A stretch of 20,000 nucleotides of DNA from an uncultured virus (IMG/VR IMGVR_UViG_3300038345_000393). Taxonomy: Duplodnaviria > Heunggongvirae > Uroviricota > Caudoviricetes. Under the pieces are notes generated by a model. That model made no database searches, was not told the DNA's origin, and saw nothing but the letters and a program-made list of their open reading frames with translations. Of the stretch, positions 14,750 to 20,000 are shown piece after piece. Position numbers and translations under genes: made by a program. How positions within the stretch are numbered: position 1 is the stretch's first letter; every line of letters starts with the position of its first letter. The stretch lies in IMG/VR virus record IMGVR_UViG_3300038345_000393. One strand, written 5' to 3'.

Positions 14750-14971
14750 TTACTCGATGACGATTGCCTTGATTCCAAGTCTCTTGCAAAGAAGAACGAT
14801 TAGATCAAAATCAGTCTTGGCGTTTTTACCATTGATGAATCTATTAAATGCCTTACGGCTATAACCGATTTCATCAGCGAACTGTTCTTGAGTCAAGTTT
14901 TCATCTTTGATGAGTTCCTTGATTTCTTCCAATAATTTAGTGGAAGAGTATGTGCCAGTATTGAAGCTCAT
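14750..14971 (-). CDS. XRE/Cro-CI-type HTH regulator (73 aa)
   Basis: 'LTQEQFADEIGYSRKAFNRFING'; SD GGAGGAGG; TGATATAAT promoter at 15032-15040. Confidence 0.88.
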   Translation of the reverse strand: MSFNTGTYSSTKLLEEIKELIKDENLTQEQFADEIGYSRKAFNRFINGKNAKTDFDLIVLLCKRLGIKAIVIE

Positions 14972-15044
14972 ATAGCAGTACCTCCTCCACTCGTTTATTT
15001 CTAAACAAAGGACGCACCCACTGGCTCACATATTATATCAGGAA

Positions 15045-16253
15045 CTATTCTATTTGTTCTACCTCTTTAGTCCCCTTTTCATCCATGAATTTAACAAGTT
15101 CTCGCATTAATTCAATTGACTTAACCAATTCATCTTCTGTTGGAGCCTGCATTTCGTTTGGATGGTGAAAGAAGTCTCTAATATAAGTAGGTATGGTATT
15201 TGTTGAATATGGCTTTCCATGAACAACATATATTCTGGTCTTTTCAAATTGATTGGCATTGTTTTTATATAACTTTTTAACTAATTTTTGTATTTTTTCA
15301 TCTGCGGCAACGGTGCTATTTTTACCTATTTGATAAGCAAATCTATTAAAAAGCTCATCATGATATTCAAGTGACGGAATATGGAACACTACATAATCTA
15401 ATTCCGCAAATGTTGGAGTTGGTAAGCGTAAATCCATTTCATCAATTGTTTCAGTTTTGATATTGCCATCATGTTTCGACAATCTAACAATTAGCACATC
15501 GTCTCTTGTGATTAATGATTCGAGCACTTTTTCAGAGTGAGTTGCCAAAAAGATTTGTGGAACATTGCCATCAACATCAGTAAGCATCAATTTAATCAAA
15601 TTAACAATTTCTTTTTGCCATCTAGGATGTAAAGATGTCTCAGGCTCATCTAAGAGCACACAATCGGTTCCTGATGCCATTTTTCTGATATCTTTTATTT
15701 TTAATAAAATCTCTTGTTGACCAGAAGAATAGTTGGTAATGTTATAACCATGCTCTTGACCGTCTATCTTCTTGGTAACTTCACCGCTACACCACACTTC
15801 ATCAATATGGTTTTCTTTGAAGATGGTTGTTATTTCATCATCGCCAAGTTTTTCCAATAATTTGATACCTTCGTTTATACGGTTAACAGCATTATTGCTT
15901 CTTAAGCCAAAAGGATTGGCTCCACCAGTATAAGTTGCACTATTGATTGGATACATATCCTGACCATCAATAAGCTTTCTTACTTCTTTCATAGCATTTC
16001 TATGAAGACTACCCTGTCTAAGATAAAGAGCATCAAATGGCTTTGGAACTATTGTATATGGAGTCTGTTTATCAAAGATAAAATCTGATTTCTCATAATT
16101 AAAAATCTCATTTAATATGGTTGTTTTGCCACAACCGTTTTCACCAACAAAAGCCACAACAGCATATGGTTGATTTGTATTAGGATTTGTTAGATTTAAT
16201 TTGAGATCCTTAAGTATAGGATGGTTCTTAATATTTAAATGAGATAAATACAT
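15045..16253 (-). CDS. ABC-type (AAA_15/21-like) ATPase with C-terminal RX4H HEPN-like domain; candidate defence protein
   Basis: GENGCGKT, YSSGQ, LLDEPETSLHP, ATHS; C-terminal 'PTYIRDFFHHP'. Confidence 0.75.
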   Translation of the reverse strand: MYLSHLNIKNHPILKDLKLNLTNPNTNQPYAVVAFVGENGCGKTTILNEIFNYEKSDFIFDKQTPYTIVPKPFDALYLRQGSLHRNAMKEVRKLIDGQDMYPINSATYTGGANPFGLRSNNAVNRINEGIKLLEKLGDDEITTIFKENHIDEVWCSGEVTKKIDGQEHGYNITNYSSGQQEILLKIKDIRKMASGTDCVLLDEPETSLHPRWQKEIVNLIKLMLTDVDGNVPQIFLATHSEKVLESLITRDDVLIVRLSKHDGNIKTETIDEMDLRLPTPTFAELDYVVFHIPSLEYHDELFNRFAYQIGKNSTVAADEKIQKLVKKLYKNNANQFEKTRIYVVHGKPYSTNTIPTYIRDFFHHPNEMQAPTEDELVKSIELMRELVKFMDEKGTKEVEQIE

Positions 16254-16264
16254 ACACGTCTCTC

Positions 16265-17104
16265 CTATTCATAGAAGAATGGCATCTTCTTTTTAAATTC
16301 TTCCTCAGGCATTAACTGCTTTGCACCAGGAGGCAAGACAAGAACTACTTTTTCTTTTGTTGTAAGGTTGTGTCCTTCAACCCAGATAATTGAGTATTGA
16401 GCAAATAAATTAAGATTCATAAAGAATGCAAAGATAATAGCAGCCAAGAACAACACTTCCATTATTGTCGCAAATACTTGATTGCCTTTACCCATACCGG
16501 CCCAAATGCAAATAATATTACATGGTGCAGATATAATGGCAAGCCATTTGAAAATTCTAAACACTACTTTTTCTTTCCTCGGAAACTTCATTCCTAATTC
16601 ATCAGTATCATATTTTGTCGATGAATTACTGGCTAAAGCATTTACTTCATAAGTTAATTGAGCCTTCGAAGCATAAACTAAATAAATAATACCGAATATC
16701 ATCCACACATTTTCAAAGAATGTGAACGTGCTATATATTTTAAAGCAAACGGTTGAAACAATCGATGTCACAAGACCTGCTATTAATAATATTAATAAGG
16801 ATATAATAGCGAGCGTTTTCCACTTAGTGAATTCGCCTTTAGTTCCAAACCATCTCCAACTCTTTTTAGATTGTTTTAGAAATATTCGAAGAATCTCTTG
16901 GTCGCTCTTTTGAGGAACAACGTTTACCGGCCTAGGCTGCACTGTTGATTGATTCTTAAGTTTTGATATCTCTTGCTCCAAAGCGGCGATTTTAACATCA
17001 GTATCAGAAACATGTGTTTTAACACCAGTAATCTCGCCTAAAATCTCAGCTTGGTTTGCCGAGATTTCATCTATCATTCCGAACAAGTTTCTTTCGTCTG
17101 CCAT
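16265..17104 (-). CDS. membrane protein, N-terminal coiled coil plus about 4 TM helices
   Basis: 279-aa ORF with four hydrophobic segments in two pairs. Confidence 0.75.
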   Translation of the reverse strand: MADERNLFGMIDEISANQAEILGEITGVKTHVSDTDVKIAALEQEISKLKNQSTVQPRPVNVVPQKSDQEILRIFLKQSKKSWRWFGTKGEFTKWKTLAIISLLILLIAGLVTSIVSTVCFKIYSTFTFFENVWMIFGIIYLVYASKAQLTYEVNALASNSSTKYDTDELGMKFPRKEKVVFRIFKWLAIISAPCNIICIWAGMGKGNQVFATIMEVLFLAAIIFAFFMNLNLFAQYSIIWVEGHNLTTKEKVVLVLPPGAKQLMPEEEFKKKMPFFYE

Positions 17105-17316
17105 ATCTTTATCTATTTTATCTTAAGATATACACCATAAACAAATACTAACTCATGAGCCCCATATAAAATATAGAACGGCTAGACACAAATATCTAAC
17201 GTATCAGGGAATATGTTTATTTGCTTAATACTACAGTATTACTGGCCATCAAAAACGCAACAATCCCAGTGTAGCAATCCAGTTGCGATGTAGATTCAGA
17301 ATATGTATATATAAAG

Positions 17317-17342
17317 AAAGCCGCCTAGTTATGGGCGGTTTT
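17317..17342 (-). terminator. intrinsic terminator after the DUF2130 gene
   Basis: AAAGCCGCCT-AGTTAT-GGGCGGTTTT, similar to the terminator at 2889-2913. Confidence 0.7.
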
Positions 17343-17361
17343 CAATCTTTTGTAAATAGTA

Positions 17362-19038
17362 TTAACGGTTTAATACCGCATATATTCTTTCACAAATGAA
17401 TAAATCAACATCTTTTCCTAAAATGTCTTGTATTTGCATGACACTAGTTGGTTTAGCTTTAACAAGTTCGTTAATCTTTTCGTTTGTTAAAACTCTATGA
17501 GCATTATAGGCGCCTTCTTCAAACAAAGAGGTACGACATTGTTCGAGTTTTCTCACCAATATTCTATTAGCAATTTCATCTGTTTTTTGTTCTATCTCAT
17601 CGATGTCTTGTTCTTCTATTACATCTTTATTAGGTTTTAATTCTACTTTTTCAGATGGAGTAATAGTTGGTTTATCTTCATTAGTCTTTTTGGCTTTTTC
17701 AAAAAGGTCTTTCATTGTTGGATTATTAAAAGTAAGTTTTCTAATTGTTAGATCTTGGGCTTTATCATTTGCTAATCTAAGTTGATTATCAGCGGTTAAT
17801 AATCCTTCTTTAACTTTATTTAAGTGAGCAATGGTTTTATCAATTTCTTCAATAGCTTTAGCAAAGTTATTTTTAGCAGATAAATAGTTTTTGCTAAATT
17901 TATCTTGGAAATCATATAGTTTTTCTTCGAAATTACTAATATCAATGTTTTGATTCTTAATCTTTAAAAGTTCGTTCTTTTCGTTAGCGGCTGTTTTAGC
18001 GGCGTTATATAAAAGTCCGATAAAAGAAACAAAGAACTGTGGTCTAATGACATACATCTTTGGATATTCATAAGAAACATCAACAATACCTGTATTGTAA
18101 TATTCATTATCTGGTTCTAATAAAGAGACAAGAACAGCGTATTCACAGTTTTTCTTTTTACGATCTTCATCAAGTTTCTTAAAGAAGTCTTCGTTTTTAT
18201 GTTTAGTGGATGAAATATCTGATTCATTTTTCATTTCAAACATGATGGATATTAATTCCGCACCATCTTCAGTCCAATCACGGAAGATGAAGTCACCTTT
18301 AGTGCCCTCCACTACATCATTATCTTTTTCAAATTGAGCGTGTGGATATGAATTCATTCTGATTTGATTAAAAGCAATTAAGCAGTGTTGTTCTAATGAT
18401 TCACCTAATAACTTAACATTGGTTTTAGCTTTTAAATCGCGATAATAGGCAATTTCATTATCTTTTAGTTTGAGTTCATCTTTATGTCTTGTTTCGATTG
18501 AACTCTTTTCTAATTCATATTCTTTTTCGTTTAATTTGAGCTGGCCTTTTAGTTGCTCTAATTCGCGATCTTTTTCACGTATAGCATTTTCTACTTGATG
18601 TTGGTTGTTATTCTTTTCTAAAACTAACTCAGATTGCGCTTTTTCAAGTTTAGTTTTATATTCAGAGATTTGTTCTTTTAAACTTATTTCAAGTTCCGCT
18701 TTTTCTTTTTTATTTTCCGCATTTAAAACAGCAACCTTAGCATCGATTGCTTTTTGATTTTCTTCTTTTTGTTTATTTAATTCTTGTTCTTTATTACTTA
18801 ATTTATTTTCTAGTTCTTGGAGTTTGAGATTAACTTTGTTAAGTTCTTGCTCATATTGTCCTTTTAATTGTTCTTTTAAAAGAGCTTCACTAGTTTTGTT
18901 TTGCTCTTTTAATAAAGCCGCTCTTTCGTTTAATTCTTTATTAAATTCTTCGTTTTTGATTTGACTAAGAATATCAGCGTATTCTTTTTCATCGACAGTA
19001 AATACTTCTCCGCATTTAGGACATTTAATTTTAGCCAT
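17362..19038 (-). CDS. DUF2130-family protein with C-terminal HRDC-like domain
   Basis: IKCPKCG zinc knuckle, long coiled coil, 'LGESLEQHC', 'FEKDND...KGDFIFR', 'SIMFEMKNE', 'YPKMYVIRPQFF', 'LTIRKLT..NPTM'. Start at MAKIKC with SD GGAGGT. Confidence 0.85.
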   Translation of the reverse strand: MAKIKCPKCGEVFTVDEKEYADILSQIKNEEFNKELNERAALLKEQNKTSEALLKEQLKGQYEQELNKVNLKLQELENKLSNKEQELNKQKEENQKAIDAKVAVLNAENKKEKAELEISLKEQISEYKTKLEKAQSELVLEKNNNQHQVENAIREKDRELEQLKGQLKLNEKEYELEKSSIETRHKDELKLKDNEIAYYRDLKAKTNVKLLGESLEQHCLIAFNQIRMNSYPHAQFEKDNDVVEGTKGDFIFRDWTEDGAELISIMFEMKNESDISSTKHKNEDFFKKLDEDRKKKNCEYAVLVSLLEPDNEYYNTGIVDVSYEYPKMYVIRPQFFVSFIGLLYNAAKTAANEKNELLKIKNQNIDISNFEEKLYDFQDKFSKNYLSAKNNFAKAIEEIDKTIAHLNKVKEGLLTADNQLRLANDKAQDLTIRKLTFNNPTMKDLFEKAKKTNEDKPTITPSEKVELKPNKDVIEEQDIDEIEQKTDEIANRILVRKLEQCRTSLFEEGAYNAHRVLTNEKINELVKAKPTSVMQIQDILGKDVDLFICERIYAVLNR

Positions 19039-19122
19039 AACTACCTCCATCTAGCATATGATCTAGAACCACTACAAAAATAATTAAATGAAACTATTTT
19101 TTAGTTTCTATATTCAAGTTAA

Positions 19123-19635
19123 TTATATTGAATATCTTTCAATAGCACCACGATAAATATCAGCAGTTTCTTGATTGAAATATATACATATATACACTGT
19201 TTTAAGTGTTTTCGGCTTATAGGTAGTTAATACTTTAGCCACTACTTCAGCAGCCTCCCTTACTGGATAACCAAATACACCCGTTGATATTGATGGGAAC
19301 ACTATATTTTCTAAACCTAATTCATCCGCTATTTTTAAACAGCTTGAATAACACGATTCTAATGTCTTAGGAGGATTAGGATCACTATAATATCTAGGAC
19401 CTACTGTATGAATAATATATTTATAAGGTAATTTATATGCTTTAGTTACTTTAGCTTCACCTGGTCTACAACCATTTAAAGTCATACATTCTTTTAAGAG
19501 TTCTGGTCCAGCAGCATGATGGATTGCTCCATCCACTCCTCCACCGCCTAAAAGGCTCTCGTTAGCAGCGTTAACGATAGCGTCAATCTCTTTACCTAAT
19601 TTAGTGATATCAGCTTGTATGACTTTAATAACCAT
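19123..19635 (-). CDS. macrodomain O-acetyl-ADP-ribose deacetylase / ADP-ribosyl hydrolase (YmdB-like)
   Basis: 'DIT...DAIVNAANESLLGGGGVDGAIHHAAGP', 'IIHTVGP', 'FPSISTGVFGYP'. Confidence 0.93.
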   Translation of the reverse strand: MVIKVIQADITKLGKEIDAIVNAANESLLGGGGVDGAIHHAAGPELLKECMTLNGCRPGEAKVTKAYKLPYKYIIHTVGPRYYSDPNPPKTLESCYSSCLKIADELGLENIVFPSISTGVFGYPVREAAEVVAKVLTTYKPKTLKTVYICIYFNQETADIYRGAIERYSI

Positions 19636-19662
19636 GTTCTCTTTTATTTTAACACTTATTTT

Positions 19663-19687
19663 AAAAAAGCGCCCCTCGGAGTGCTTT
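19663..19687 (-). terminator. intrinsic terminator
   Basis: Minus strand AAAGCACTC-CGAG-GGGCGCTTTTTT. Confidence 0.6.
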
Positions 19688-19709
19688 CTCTATCTTTCAC
19701 AAGCAACGA

Positions 19710-20000
19710 CTAATATACGGTGAAATAGACGTTATTGTTTGTGCCATTAATTTTAATAAAGAAATCGTAAGTACCACTTACTTTGACAGTATATTTAGTG
19801 CCATCAAAATCTAAGTAGCCTTTCCAGTCTTCTGATGTATCGTTTGAACCACCACATGAATATGGGTCAATGTTCATATTGAATGCTTTTTTAGCGACGT
19901 CATCATAGAAAGTAAATGTATCGCCTACTTGTAGGCCTTCTACATACACGCGGAATTGAAGAGATTTTTGATCCCACTGTGCAAAGCCTTCAAGCGCAGC
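19710..20000 (-). CDS. C-terminal end of a larger protein (beta-rich, possibly extracellular carbohydrate-binding-like module); start lies beyond the window
   Basis: The frame is open to 20000 (AALEGFAQWDQKSLQFRVYVEGL...VKVSGTYDFFIKING...VYFTVY*). Confidence 0.65.
   Translation of the reverse strand, partial: AALEGFAQWDQKSLQFRVYVEGLQVGDTFTFYDDVAKKAFNMNIDPYSCGGSNDTSEDWKGYLDFDGTKYTVKVSGTYDFFIKINGTNNNVYFTVY

Noticed and set aside
2889..17342. Repeat family suggested by AAAGCCGCC...GGCGGTTTT at 2889 and 17317
   Set aside because: Both sit directly after stop codons and are adequately explained as intrinsic terminators.
2511..17785. Short overlapping ORFs in the track (2511+, 6444+, 7839-, 8405+, 9165-, 9328+, 9395+, 9507+, 12318+, 12564+, 13976-, 14144+, 14323+, 16722+, 17603+)
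   Set aside because: Shadow ORFs antisense to or out of frame with better-supported genes or RNA elements; no convincing SD or motifs.
1..20000. Prophage, ICE or IS element call
   Set aside because: No integrase, transposase, structural, relaxase or T4SS genes, and no att-like or terminal repeats seen in the window.

Overview
AT-rich (roughly 30% GC by eye), standard genetic code, nearly all genes on the minus strand. It looks like a variable or accessory region of a low-GC Bacillota/Bacilli-type genome (inference). The main feature is an intact 958-aa single-subunit double-psi-barrel RNA polymerase of the cellular-RdRP / phage SPbeta YonO family (3170-6046; NGADYDSD catalytic loop), apparently leaderless and with no phage structural or integrase genes in the window. 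Upstream lie an HhH-glycosylase-like gene and a GC-rich, multi-stem ~165-nt candidate ncRNA with its own terminator (7525-7690). Downstream lie a ~110-nt hairpin leader with two anti-Shine-Dalgarno motifs, an unannotated 58-aa ORF, an HExxH zincin and an AddB-like gene. The rest of the window holds: an XRE gene flanked by two mirror-image promoters (GTCAAA-N5-TTTGACC-N20-TATAAT); a Mesh1/SAH-like HD hydrolase; a DEDDh exonuclease; two paralogous hypothetical genes sharing a 21-bp upstream motif at identical distance from their -10 boxes; a FecCD/Btu-type ABC importer with a structured leader; an ABC-ATPase with a C-terminal RX4H (HEPN-like) motif; DUF2130 with an HRDC-like tail; and a macrodomain protein. 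All family calls come from motif recognition by eye, not from database searches.
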